Shown here piece after piece: positions 8,717 to 18,903 of a stretch of DNA of 64,000 bases. The first letter of the stretch is position 1; each line of letters begins with the position of its first letter. The notes under the pieces are model-generated. The model ran no database searches and was not told the DNA's origin. It saw nothing but the letters and a program-made list of their open reading frames with translations. The stretch lies in the IMG/VR virus record IMGVR_UViG_3300021431_000075, positions 128,001 to 192,000 of that record. One strand, given 5' to 3'. Made by a program: the position numbers and the translations under genes. Origin of the DNA: a virus. Taxonomy: Duplodnaviria; Caudoviricetes.

Positions 8717-9909
8717 GCATTTCCATCTCTTTTTATAATCCTTTTTGAAATCGAAATACCAAACTTTTCAAACTGCTCTCCGAACCGGTCGTTTATCAAT
8801 GCAATAGCGTCAAGAACGCCGCGTCTATATATGTCGCTGACTCTCTTGTCCTTGAAATTGTCAGAACTGTTCTTGAAATGACAAACAAGGTCATCAACAT
8901 CTTTTTGCGTCAACTTCTTGCGTTCGACTTTCTTATTGTCATTTGCACATGAATCTGTTTTGAGACTATTAAAGAACTCAATATCAGATTTTTCAGCAGG
9001 AGTAACAACATAGTCACATGTGGAAAAATCCATTACATTAGTAATCGCAAGCATTGCATCTTCAAGTTCAAACTTGTCTACAAAATATCTATAACCAAAC
9101 GAATAGAAATGAACTTGCTTAGTTTCTCTATCATAACTGCGGAACTTTCCGACAATAGAAATCATTGTTTCATGCTTTTCTCTCTGTCTGATTGAAACCC
9201 TCACAATGTCTCCGTCTTTCACGTCTTCGAAATCAAACAAATGAAATGTTCTATCCGCATATGCGATGCTCTTCGGTCCATTAACCGTTTCATAAACATA
9301 ATTTCCGACATTGATGATTCTCAGAATTTTCAAAACATCAGTTCCGTCAGTCACCACATCTCCGGGTTCGAACTTGTGCTTGACCACCTCTTTCGGCCAT
9401 ATCAGTTGCCTGCTATGTTCGTCAAAACAAATATTGTTATTTTCCATATCTGACCGCATCCGCTCTTTGTCTGAATCGCTCATCGGGAATACAAGAAGAT
9501 TTCCTTCTGACATCTGGATTGCATCTTTAGAAATCCATGTCACTGTACGGAACGGCATTGATGAAGTTTCATCATAAGTGAAAAACAAGCACAGTTTATC
9601 AGTATAAAATTTCGTCTTCTCAACATCCAGTCTGCCGTGGATAATCTTGTTCTCTGGTCCATTATAACCTTTATTAAGAACAATTGTCAAATAGTCTCCA
9701 TCAGATGCATCATCAAGAGTCCATTTGTGGCATCTTGACATATATTCAGAACTTATTGACTCAGGTCCATCTCCATTATCAGAAAGAATTGCACAATCTT
9801 CTCCATAAGGATCTCTTATGAACATCATAATCCGACCAACCAGTTTTCCAGTTTCATTGTTGACAATCCAGTCATTGCCTGAAAATTTTTCTTTCTTTTC
9901 CATCAGCAA
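8713..9909 (-). CDS. modular repeat-family protein (2 modules)
   Basis: KWTLDDASDGD and LFDFEDVKDGD; C-terminal tail shared with 9903..12032. Confidence 0.85.
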   Translation of the reverse strand: MLMEKKEKFSGNDWIVNNETGKLVGRIMMFIRDPYGEDCAILSDNGDGPESISSEYMSRCHKWTLDDASDGDYLTIVLNKGYNGPENKIIHGRLDVEKTKFYTDKLCLFFTYDETSSMPFRTVTWISKDAIQMSEGNLLVFPMSDSDKERMRSDMENNNICFDEHSRQLIWPKEVVKHKFEPGDVVTDGTDVLKILRIINVGNYVYETVNGPKSIAYADRTFHLFDFEDVKDGDIVRVSIRQREKHETMISIVGKFRSYDRETKQVHFYSFGYRYFVDKFELEDAMLAITNVMDFSTCDYVVTPAEKSDIEFFNSLKTDSCANDNKKVERKKLTQKDVDDLVCHFKNSSDNFKDKRVSDIYRRGVLDAIALINDRFGEQFEKFGISISKRIIKRDGNA

Positions 9910-12032
9910 ATATTTTTCTTTGAAATAGAAAATCCAAACTTTTCAAACTGCTCACAAAACCGCTCGTTTAACAATGCAATAGCATCAAGAACGCCGCGCC
10001 TATATATGTCACTGACTCTCTTGTCTTTGAAATTATCGGAACTGTTCTTGAAATGACAGACAAGATTATCAACATCTTTTTGCGTCAAACTCTTGCAATC
10101 GACTTTCTCATTTGTCATACAAAAACCCGCATTCTGCTCCCAGTAGTTTGAGTCCGTTCCTTTGATAAGACGCTTGAGATCTTTGTCAAGTGCAAACCCG
10201 TGCTTGAACATATCATCAAACATCCTATTCTTTTGATGTTCATCCATCGGCACAACATCTCCGCAAATGTCAGTATACGGAATCGACTGACATGTCTTGA
10301 ATTCAACCTTTGCATCCTTGTTCATCGAATTATAAGACATGTACAAGCATAGATATTCATCATCAGATTTAGACTTGGCATATGTTCCGCATATAAAATG
10401 CATAAACTGAATTCCATCCACTCCGGGAGCGACAGGAACCGATACCATCATGCCATCATATGCATCATTGATAGTCCAGTTGTGATACAAGCCGAAACAC
10501 TCTTGCGATATAACCTCTGTATCTCCTGTCCTGTTGTCAAGAACAGCGCTTCCATATTTGTCAAATCTGGAAAAACGTCCAATCAAATTACCATTCTGGT
10601 CTGCAACCCAGCCACCAAAGCGAATTTCTCTCGTATCATAGAAATGCTTCTTGTCGCTACAAAGAGCATATCCTCTCTTGTTCAAGCATTCTTTGATTTT
10701 ATTGATAACTCTCTTCGGAACCGGTTCAACAAGAACATTGCCTTTTTCATCATGTAGCCGGAATCTGACATCCTTTACCAAGTTCACATAGTCGCTATCC
10801 AGATTGGAACATGAGAAATATAAAGAAATCGTATCTTTATCTGTTTCTTTCTTGTTCAATGGTCCATAAACAACTTTTGTGATTTTTGAATCAAGAACAA
10901 GAACATAGTCGCCGTCTTTTGCATCATCAAGACACCACTTATGACATTTGCTCATATATTCCATGTCAACAGCGCCAACTTCCACGTCACCATCACGAAC
11001 AACTGCATAAATGTTATTCAATCGGTCTCTTCCAACCAAATCGATCACACCGACAAGCTTCCCGTCATCATTCCGAACAAGCCAGTCATTGACTTCAAAC
11101 CTGCACTCTTCACCATTCTTTTCAACGCTTTCAATAGAGTCCGTTGCAACCAGTTTCCTTGAGTCGTCAGAAAGAGAATAACCGCATTTTTTCATAGCAT
11201 TCTTGAACTCGTCAAGAATGCAATTGCTAATCGGAGTTACATCTTCCACAAAATCAGAGGTATTGCGAACCCATGTTTCATTCTCGATAAATCTATCTCC
11301 ATGCTCTGAACCACAAACCAATGAGAAATACAAACAAATCTTGTCACTATTGCTCTTCTCCCTGTTCAATGGACCAATCAATAAATATTCAAAACTATTG
11401 ACAACAACAAAATCACAGTCATGCGCATCCGCTATTGTCCACTTATGGCAATTATTCAAAAATTCAATACCAACGAATGAATATTCGCTGTTGTCAAGAG
11501 CCACATATGGACATGCATTTATATTGACACCAGAACTTACAACCCTACCAACAATCTTCCCTTCGGCATTGACAATCCAGTCATAATATTCAAAATTCGG
11601 ACGCTTAACACCAGCACGGTCGAATTCCACCTGTCGATTCAACGGAGGATACTCATAGTCTTCCTGTTCAGTCAACGGAATCGTCTCATTATTGCAATGA
11701 TAATCGAAACAATCAACATAAACAACAACTGGCAATCCGCTTGTTATTCCGTTTTTTGCTTCCTCTTTTGTTCTCATAACATCGCCGATTATGAACTTCG
11801 GCGTGATGTGTCCGGTCTCTATCTCTTCCGCCGTTGCATAACGGAAGTATGCGGAAGCATCTTTCAGCCCCATCATGAACATTCCGCGCTTCGCCTTGAC
11901 AACCGACCCGCGCTTCGCCTGCAGATTTCCGCCGGCATAATAATCCTTGATACACACGTACCATCTGCCGTGCTCTATCTTCACGACATTTTCATTATTG
12001 ATTTCATTCATTGGTTCTTCTATTTTTCCCAA
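9903..12032 (-). CDS. modular repeat-family protein (3 modules)
   Basis: KWTIADAHDCD, KWCLDDAKDGD, NWTINDAYDG; N-terminal WYVCIKDY domain. Confidence 0.85.
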   Translation of the reverse strand: MGKIEEPMNEINNENVVKIEHGRWYVCIKDYYAGGNLQAKRGSVVKAKRGMFMMGLKDASAYFRYATAEEIETGHITPKFIIGDVMRTKEEAKNGITSGLPVVVYVDCFDYHCNNETIPLTEQEDYEYPPLNRQVEFDRAGVKRPNFEYYDWIVNAEGKIVGRVVSSGVNINACPYVALDNSEYSFVGIEFLNNCHKWTIADAHDCDFVVVNSFEYLLIGPLNREKSNSDKICLYFSLVCGSEHGDRFIENETWVRNTSDFVEDVTPISNCILDEFKNAMKKCGYSLSDDSRKLVATDSIESVEKNGEECRFEVNDWLVRNDDGKLVGVIDLVGRDRLNNIYAVVRDGDVEVGAVDMEYMSKCHKWCLDDAKDGDYVLVLDSKITKVVYGPLNKKETDKDTISLYFSCSNLDSDYVNLVKDVRFRLHDEKGNVLVEPVPKRVINKIKECLNKRGYALCSDKKHFYDTREIRFGGWVADQNGNLIGRFSRFDKYGSAVLDNRTGDTEVISQECFGLYHNWTINDAYDGMMVSVPVAPGVDGIQFMHFICGTYAKSKSDDEYLCLYMSYNSMNKDAKVEFKTCQSIPYTDICGDVVPMDEHQKNRMFDDMFKHGFALDKDLKRLIKGTDSNYWEQNAGFCMTNEKVDCKSLTQKDVDNLVCHFKNSSDNFKDKRVSDIYRRGVLDAIALLNERFCEQFEKFGFSISKKNIC

Positions 12033-12388
12033 ATATTAATAAACTTACTACGAATCTTCAGCATCGCGCTCAACTCACCCATGCTGAATGCATCCATGCT
12101 GTATGCATCAGAGCTGCTATCAGGAATGCTTTCAAGACGCTTTATCTCACTTAGCAAAAATGTTCCGAATTCCGAAATCTTTCTATCAAATTCAGCATCA
12201 ACATTCTCTGTTTCAGAGGGAACAGTTCCGCTAATCGTCAATACGCCGTCCTTGTACTTTATGCGGTCCGCATGACAAGTCACATCATGGTCGTGACTAT
12301 TTTCATCCATTCTGATGCAAATGGCGACCGGCGTCTCATCAACAGGACTCGATTCATTCAAATAATGCTTTAGATATTTTGCATCCAT
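12020..12388 (-). CDS. hypothetical protein
   Basis: 122-aa coupled ORF. Confidence 0.7.
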   Translation of the reverse strand: MDAKYLKHYLNESSPVDETPVAICIRMDENSHDHDVTCHADRIKYKDGVLTISGTVPSETENVDAEFDRKISEFGTFLLSEIKRLESIPDSSSDAYSMDAFSMGELSAMLKIRSKFINIWEK

Positions 12389-12459
12389 AATCTAATGATT
12401 TTTTACATCCGACTATCGTTAAGAACACGTTTCTCATCATGTTGTGACATGTATTGCCG

Positions 12460-12792
12460 TTATGAGTTTTTCAATTTTCTTATGCGTTCTGCAATGTCTT
12501 CGATTTCTGATTCAGAAAGAACTTTGCAGAGAAAATTTTCGTTTCTTTTGATATAAAACAACTTGTTTTCCATCTCTTTACGTTTCACATATAATTCTCT
12601 GCTTTCTTCCAACTCATATATGCTCCAGTCAACACAAACCAATGTCCGTGTATCAAACCGATACTTGCGCCCATAGTCATCAGATACCGTAATATAAACT
12701 CTACCGACTGATGTTACGACTGCATCAAAACCTTCCTGCCGACTGTCTGATGACGATACATAGACCTTCTGACCTTTTGTAAAATCTGCCAT
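12460..12792 (-). CDS. small beta-barrel phage protein
   Basis: GQKVYV...VTSVGRVYITV pattern. Confidence 0.7.
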   Translation of the reverse strand: MADFTKGQKVYVSSSDSRQEGFDAVVTSVGRVYITVSDDYGRKYRFDTRTLVCVDWSIYELEESRELYVKRKEMENKLFYIKRNENFLCKVLSESEIEDIAERIRKLKNS

Positions 12793-12804
12793 AATTCAAT
12801 TACT

Positions 12805-13200
12805 TTATATAGTTATTAAATCTTTTTTCAAAAGTTTCAAAACAATTTCAAATACCGAGTCAATAAACTCTACCGGAACCGATTTCTCATTACGGTATAC
12901 AAAATCCTCACCAAGCTTTCTACAAATAACACTTCCATCTGCGCAAAGCGTAGTAACGAAACCGTTATCTCGCAACAACGAACACAATGCCGAAAGACTC
13001 CATGCAGGCTTGTGTTTATATCTATTCAATGATGCTGGAACCAAATCCATCTTAAAATCAGACATCATATGATTTTCGTCATATATGCTTTTCCAAGACA
13101 TATCAGCGGTTCGTTCTGGCAAGTATTCAGAAAGCAAAACCGACTGCTCATAATCAGTGCATAGTTTTGGAATATTACTTTTATTTTCTTGCGAACTCAT
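12805..13200 (-). CDS. hypothetical protein, paralog of 21087..21527
   Basis: T..EQS.LL...ADM.W and PAWSLSAL motifs shared. Confidence 0.75.
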   Translation of the reverse strand: MSSQENKSNIPKLCTDYEQSVLLSEYLPERTADMSWKSIYDENHMMSDFKMDLVPASLNRYKHKPAWSLSALCSLLRDNGFVTTLCADGSVICRKLGEDFVYRNEKSVPVEFIDSVFEIVLKLLKKDLITI

Positions 13201-13220
13201 AATTAAATAATTTTATCATG

Positions 13221-13679
13221 TTAAGAATCAAAAATGCTACAAACCTTATTCATCTGTACACAAAGCCTTTCAAATTCTTCAAAGAATATGTTTATTTCAT
13301 CATACGTTGCAAGTCTCATGTAATTATCTGAAGTATAGACTCTTCTAAATTCAAACTTGCCGTTGCGAAGTGAAACATAAGAATCTATCAAACCTCCAAG
13401 CTCATACTTGTCGAATACGAATATCTCTGTGTTATTGCACATGACAAAGTCACCTTTCTTGTAGAATGCATGTTCATCGTTCTCTTTCGCGTCACTTTGT
13501 TGTTTACTTCCCTTGCCAATCGGGACAATGCTTCCTCCGTAATACTCAAGATTCTGGTCTTTCAATGCATTCAAGACATTATTCCTGATACTTCTTCCGT
13601 CATCAGGAAATACACCCTGTGCAAACAAGCTACAGATGAACTTGTCAAAATCTATCAACCGGTTCTTCCTCTTGTTCAT
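13221..13679 (-). CDS. repeat-family protein (IDFDKF N-domain plus half module)
   Basis: KKGDFV...IFVF...SYV...RLATYDE. Confidence 0.75.
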   Translation of the reverse strand: MNKRKNRLIDFDKFICSLFAQGVFPDDGRSIRNNVLNALKDQNLEYYGGSIVPIGKGSKQQSDAKENDEHAFYKKGDFVMCNNTEIFVFDKYELGGLIDSYVSLRNGKFEFRRVYTSDNYMRLATYDEINIFFEEFERLCVQMNKVCSIFDS

Positions 13680-14181
13680 TGTCTTTTTTAGATTTTATTG
13701 TCGTCTCACATCCGCGATAATTATAAATGCCTTCCGGAAATCCTTCCCTGCGAAGTATGCTTGCCATGATGATTCCGTCCGCATGGTTCGAGACATGCTT
13801 CCGAACAGCATACACAGACCGCGTTATCTCTTTGCCGTCCCATTCCAGAAGTCCGACTCCATCCGGCAAATCTTTCTCTGAAAGAAGTCCTTTCGGAGTC
13901 AAGTAGTAGCGGTAGTTTCCGGCAAGACATTCTTCATGTCCGGGCTGTTTCCAGACCTTCTTCTTGTCATTGAGAAAATCAGAGCGACTCACTTTGACTT
14001 CAACCACGATAGTGCTCCAGCCGTTGAACGCCCAGACATCAGGATTCTCACATGCGTTCACACAAACTTCGACAGCAACATATTTCCATCGTCCATCGAA
14101 CTTCTCGCAGTTCTTTCTCCTGCGGAGCCATCTGGCGCATTCGCAACACAATTCATAGTGCAATGATTTCGTCTGACTCAT
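13645..14181 (-). CDS. PD-(D/E)xK nuclease-like protein (MmcB-like)
   Basis: NPDVWAF...VVEVKVSRSDFLND, GNYRYY, LPDGVGLL. Confidence 0.75.
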   Translation of the reverse strand: MSQTKSLHYELCCECARWLRRRKNCEKFDGRWKYVAVEVCVNACENPDVWAFNGWSTIVVEVKVSRSDFLNDKKKVWKQPGHEECLAGNYRYYLTPKGLLSEKDLPDGVGLLEWDGKEITRSVYAVRKHVSNHADGIIMASILRREGFPEGIYNYRGCETTIKSKKDNEQEEEPVDRF

Positions 14182-14423
14182 AAACTCCTGACTTCTTTAT
14201 AGAAACCACAATTCCCCGCCGGAGTAAACTTGTTCACGCAATGCTTGACCTTCTTGCAGAAAGTGCCGCCATAATAATGCTCGCATTTTCCACAAAGCGG
14301 TCTCAACCACCAGTTCTTCTTTGCCGCTTTCTTGAGTTCTTCTTCTGAAGCCGGAATTCCGGGAGCAGCAGACGAGAACTTCTTATGAAGTTCTTCTGTT
14401 GTATGTAAATTATAGTACTCCAT
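14178..14423 (-). CDS. small Cys-rich protein
   Basis: CGKCEHY...C...CGFY. Confidence 0.65.
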   Translation of the reverse strand: MEYYNLHTTEELHKKFSSAAPGIPASEEELKKAAKKNWWLRPLCGKCEHYYGGTFCKKVKHCVNKFTPAGNCGFYKEVRSL

Positions 14424-14425
14424 AA

Positions 14426-14662
14426 TTATAAATCAATAGATTTCAACGCGTTAGTGAACGTTTTCTTGTTCGTGAAAGTCTTGCTTCCGATAGTCCAGTG
14501 CGTCCTGTCCATTCCATATCTACCATTTTTCAACTTACGGACAAAGACAATCATACCGAACCTACAATCTTCGCTCTTATAAAATGAAATGCATACGTTG
14601 TTCTTGTTTGTATGAGCAACATAATTCATGTTCACGTTCTTTTCAAATTGTTCAAAAGTCAT
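14426..14662 (-). CDS. hypothetical protein
   Basis: First gene of the leftward operon, downstream of a TATATTTGC motif. Confidence 0.7.
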   Translation of the reverse strand: MTFEQFEKNVNMNYVAHTNKNNVCISFYKSEDCRFGMIVFVRKLKNGRYGMDRTHWTIGSKTFTNKKTFTNALKSIDL

Positions 14663-14682
14663 AAGATAAAAGTTTTTATATC

Positions 14683-14886
14683 TGCAAATATATTGACTTT
14701 TTTATTTTCTTGCAACAAAATCAAAAAAATTCTACACATTTTTGACATTCTTTAACATCATGGATGATTTCATCAGATTGTGTTCACATCATTTAACTAC
14801 TAAAAAACCAAAATATAAAAAAGCCTAAATTCAGAAACAAAACTATCAAAAAATTTTCTTAATAACAGGTTTATTACTATTTTTGC
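14683..14886. promoter_or_regulatory. divergent promoter region (two TAnnTTTGC elements)
   Basis: TATATTTGC on minus near 14683-14691 and TATTTTTGC on plus near 14878-14886, at the strand switch. Confidence 0.65.
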
Positions 14887-14913
14887 AAAAAATTATATAA
14901 AAAGAAACATTAT

Positions 14914-15093
14914 ATGGCTAAAACAACTTCAACAAGAATGTGCATACAGGACACTATTATAAATGGTCTTAGTTTTATGCATGGACTCTTTTATAAAGTT
15001 GAATATAATCCGATAATACGCACGTTCATTATATACAATAAATTTGGTTATACTGACATATCCAAACAACAATTCGATTATTCATTCATATAA
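14914..15093 (+). CDS. 59-aa hypothetical protein
   Basis: Read manually: MAKTTSTRMCIQDTIINGLSFMHGLFYKVEY...; directly follows the promoter. Confidence 0.6.
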   Translation: MAKTTSTRMCIQDTIINGLSFMHGLFYKVEYNPIIRTFIIYNKFGYTDISKQQFDYSFI

Positions 15094-15106
15094 AACAATA
15101 GAACTT

Positions 15107-15502
15107 ATGAAACAGACAAAAGTTAAAAAAACAACAACGAACAAACCAACATTGACAGTACAGGAATTCATTGACAAATTTCCTGTCGGTTCAATAATCT
15201 CGTTCATTGAAAGCAAATCATTCATTGCATCCGGAGCAAGGTCTATCTTCAGAATAGACCGTTATGAGCAAACTTCAAGGGGTTATTTCTTTATGTACGG
15301 CATCTGGTGCGGCTTTGATTTCCAGACAACAAACTACAAAAAAGAATACAATCTGGATGTTTCAAACTGGCATTGTGTTGACTGTAATGAAGATTATATG
15401 GCAACATCAGTAGAAAACCTGCTGTTCGGTTTCAATGATGTCAGGCTTGCCAACAACACCGAAAAAGAAATTTTCATCACTTGTCTAAACAATCTGAAAT
15501 AA
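15107..15502 (+). CDS. hypothetical protein (C-terminal RLA..E motif)
   Basis: Likely start MKQTKVKK at 15107. Confidence 0.7.
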   Translation: MKQTKVKKTTTNKPTLTVQEFIDKFPVGSIISFIESKSFIASGARSIFRIDRYEQTSRGYFFMYGIWCGFDFQTTNYKKEYNLDVSNWHCVDCNEDYMATSVENLLFGFNDVRLANNTEKEIFITCLNNLK

Positions 15503-15506
15503 AATT

Positions 15507-17534
15507 ATGGAACCGAACAAATACGAAAAAATCATATCTTTCCTTGAAAATAAGATGAAAGATTGCGATGGCAGCATTTTGGTCATCAACAAGAATGAAC
15601 TGAAAAATATGTTCGATGAGTTAAATGTCAATGCCAAGGATTATAAAGAATGGATTCTTGATTATCTTCAAGATGGTTTGCTCACTGCAGACGAACAAAC
15701 GATGACCGATATCAAAAATGCATTCAACTGGTTAAAAAGTCTTAACAGTCCAGCAGCGGTTCATGAAGATGAAACTCATAATGACTTTAGCCAGTTTAAG
15801 CCAAAATTCCAAGTTGGCGACAAAGTAAACTTGATAGACAGACCCGATGTCAAATATAACATATTGACAATTGATTCCGTCAATATGGATGAACACTGTT
15901 ATGTCTGCAACCAGGGTTCTGTGATTGATTTTTCTGAAGAAATCATATGGCGCAAAGTAGAGAATGACGACACAAAACCAACAAGATTTGATACAGGCGA
16001 TTTTGTGGTTGTCAGGGACGGAAAATGTACAAAAACCCTAAAAATCGAACAGGCTGACAACGCGGACTATACATGTATGAACATGTCGGACGGTTCGATA
16101 GAAACCATCCATGTAGAAAATCTTGATGATGCAGACTCTTGGATATGGTCAATAAAAGATGCAAAACCCGGAGACGTTCTCATCACAGATAGCAATGCAA
16201 TCACTTTCATTTTCAAAAGCCATGTCGAAAACAAACTGGTTTCTGGCTATTGCCGTTATCATACAGATGAAGGCGTATTATATAAACACTCTTTCGACTG
16301 CTACTGCGATACAGATGAAGAAGTTCATCCGGCAACCATACAGCAAGCAAATGAAATGTTCTCCGAGATGCACAGACTTAACTTCGATTGGGACAACAGC
16401 CGCAAGGAAATAATAGCACTTGCCAAAAACGACGTGAATGAGTCCGAACCGAAATTCAGAATTGATGACTGGATTATAGAGAATGACAACGAGGACGCAA
16501 GCGCTTGGCAAGTCGTCTCTATAGAAAACGGCAACTATAAGTTGTCAAATAGTCACGGTCCGCAAAATGTTCTGGAAATAGATTTTGTAGATAAAAATTA
16601 TCATATCTGGAGCATATATGACGCGAAAGACGGCGACATCCTTGTCGTCAAAGGCATAGAGATAATCATTTATCGCAGCCGTCCGGATCATATGATAGAC
16701 TCTTATTGCTCACTGATCCGAAATCAGTTCATCAGCACCCAAACTACATATTTCGGAAGAGTGACGCCGGCATCAGAAGAACAGTACAATATGCTGTTTG
16801 ATGCAATGGATGCAGCCGGTTATGAATGGATTCCAGAAACAAAAACGTTGAGACACGCTAACGCTGATGCGTGTTTCTTCAAGCAAGGCGAATGGTACCA
16901 GTGTGTTGAAGATGTAATGATTGATTTCATAAACTTCGATGCCGGAACCGCATATTTTTGTTCAGGAGAAGAAAGGCTGGAAGCAGAAGACGGAAACCAT
17001 GTCTGGATTCCCGAGAACTCGTACAGCAACTTCAAGCTCTGGAGCATTTCCGATGCAAAGGACGGAGATGTCCTCGCGTCAAGTTCTGAAATTTTCATTT
17101 ATAGTGCTCATCAGAATAACCGGATAGACTCATATTGCCATTTGGTTGGGAACCTTTTCATTGCCGGTCGATGCACACATGTTGGCAAAATAAAACCAGC
17201 GTCGAAAGAACAGAAAGCGTTGCTGTTTGACAAGATGAAGTTAAACGGTTATAAATGGAACGAAACTGACAAGACTTTGATAAAAAAGACAGATGATGAC
17301 GATTTCAGTAGAAAAAATTGTCGTGCATTTCAAGAACAAAGCAAAGAACTTTCAGGACCGGATTCAAACAAAGAAAAACTCATAGGAACAATAAAATCTA
17401 TGATTGCTGAATCTGTCAACAGAGCCAAATCGAATAATCCGCTTGATGAAAATACTTCAGTACAATTCGCATATGGCAGAGCATCTGGCTTAGAAGATGC
17501 TCTCGGCTTGATTGAAAACTTTTTCAACAACTAA
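15507..17534 (+). CDS. modular repeat-family protein (3 modules)
   Basis: IWSIKDAKPGD, IWSIYDAKDGD, LWSISDAKDGD, each followed by PA..EQ...F..M...GY.W. Confidence 0.9.
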   Translation: MEPNKYEKIISFLENKMKDCDGSILVINKNELKNMFDELNVNAKDYKEWILDYLQDGLLTADEQTMTDIKNAFNWLKSLNSPAAVHEDETHNDFSQFKPKFQVGDKVNLIDRPDVKYNILTIDSVNMDEHCYVCNQGSVIDFSEEIIWRKVENDDTKPTRFDTGDFVVVRDGKCTKTLKIEQADNADYTCMNMSDGSIETIHVENLDDADSWIWSIKDAKPGDVLITDSNAITFIFKSHVENKLVSGYCRYHTDEGVLYKHSFDCYCDTDEEVHPATIQQANEMFSEMHRLNFDWDNSRKEIIALAKNDVNESEPKFRIDDWIIENDNEDASAWQVVSIENGNYKLSNSHGPQNVLEIDFVDKNYHIWSIYDAKDGDILVVKGIEIIIYRSRPDHMIDSYCSLIRNQFISTQTTYFGRVTPASEEQYNMLFDAMDAAGYEWIPETKTLRHANADACFFKQGEWYQCVEDVMIDFINFDAGTAYFCSGEERLEAEDGNHVWIPENSYSNFKLWSISDAKDGDVLASSSEIFIYSAHQNNRIDSYCHLVGNLFIAGRCTHVGKIKPASKEQKALLFDKMKLNGYKWNETDKTLIKKTDDDDFSRKNCRAFQEQSKELSGPDSNKEKLIGTIKSMIAESVNRAKSNNPLDENTSVQFAYGRASGLEDALGLIENFFNN

Positions 17535-17559
17535 TTTATCAACCACAATCGTTTCTACA

Positions 17560-17591
17560 AAAAGAGAGACTGCAAAACAGTCTCTCTTTTG
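17560..17591 (+). terminator. intrinsic terminator
   Basis: aaaagagagactg-caaaa-cagtctctctttt. Confidence 0.8.
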
Positions 17592-17708
17592 TTCATTTCT
17601 TTATGTTTGTTAAAAAAATTTAAAAGAAAAAAGAAAAACATCAAATCGTTTCCACATTATTGCAAATAATATTATTTTTGCAAATCAATATCAAAAAATG
17701 CAAAACTT

Positions 17709-18755
17709 ATGGAAAAGATTGACTTTGAAAAAATCCTTGCCGAACTATTAACTACCGGCACTAAACAAAACAAAAACTACATCAAGAGTTTCTTGGAACA
17801 GCGCGGCATCGAGTTCAAGAACAACACGTTCTCGCTTATAAGCAATGAATCCATGAGTATAAAACCAGAATCAACAGACACAAAAGTCATTACCGGAAAG
17901 TACAAGCCCGGAATGACTGTGTTCAACACGATTCGAAGCAGAGCATACATCGTCAAAGATGTATATTTCGAGAATCGAAAAAAGATGCTGTTGCTTATAG
18001 ATGCGTTAAACGGAGAGAAGAACACGACAGCATCAACAAATCCGGCATTGAGAAGATGGAACATTTCAGATGCCAAGATTGGAGACTTCATCTGCACCGA
18101 GAACTTTGTATTCATATTCAATGGCTTCAGACTGGACAAGGATACGCTCAAATGGAACGTTCACTACAAATGCGCAGCTGAATTACACAATCATGAAGAT
18201 GACGATCCTTTCCACATCCCTGCTCCACAAGCGCATATGGGGACGAAGAAAGATACAGATTTCAGAATAGCGACCGAGCAGGAACGGCTGTATCTATTGG
18301 AAGAAATCGAACGTCACGGTTACACTTGGAATCATGAAACCATAGAACTTGAAAAACATCCGTATTTCAAATACAACATCGGAGACTGGGTTGTATATAG
18401 AGATAACGGAGAATTGTGGAAAATTGAAAACGTAGTCAACCACAAATACTCGATGACTATGCAAGACGGAACAGAGAAAGCATTTGATTGTGACTTCGTG
18501 AACTATTGTTCTGACAAATGGTCAATCAAGAATGCGCAACCGGGAGATGTCTTGTATTACACGATGCCGAACGGAGACGAAATATTGGCTGTGTTCGAAT
18601 CTTTCGGAAGCAAGTTCCACAAACTCAGCATCGCATTCTGCACAACTACGGATGAAATCACAACAAACGTTCTAATCGACCCGGAACTTGTCATAGAACC
18701 GGCAACAGACGAACAGAAGCAGTGGCTGAAAGATGTCATAACAAAAACGAAATAG
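17709..18755 (+). CDS. modular repeat-family protein (2 modules)
   Basis: IDFEK N-terminus; RWNISDAKIGD, KWSIKNAQPGD. Confidence 0.85.
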   Translation: MEKIDFEKILAELLTTGTKQNKNYIKSFLEQRGIEFKNNTFSLISNESMSIKPESTDTKVITGKYKPGMTVFNTIRSRAYIVKDVYFENRKKMLLLIDALNGEKNTTASTNPALRRWNISDAKIGDFICTENFVFIFNGFRLDKDTLKWNVHYKCAAELHNHEDDDPFHIPAPQAHMGTKKDTDFRIATEQERLYLLEEIERHGYTWNHETIELEKHPYFKYNIGDWVVYRDNGELWKIENVVNHKYSMTMQDGTEKAFDCDFVNYCSDKWSIKNAQPGDVLYYTMPNGDEILAVFESFGSKFHKLSIAFCTTTDEITTNVLIDPELVIEPATDEQKQWLKDVITKTK

Positions 18756-18903
18756 AAACTCTGAACAAAAATATTCATTATACAGAAATCATTATGGATT
18801 CAGAACTTAAAAATATATCATCGGATTTGAACACAGAGGAACCGTTTTCAACATTCAAGAATATCAAACATTTCATCACCAAAAACAAAAATAAAGAGTC
18901 ATA

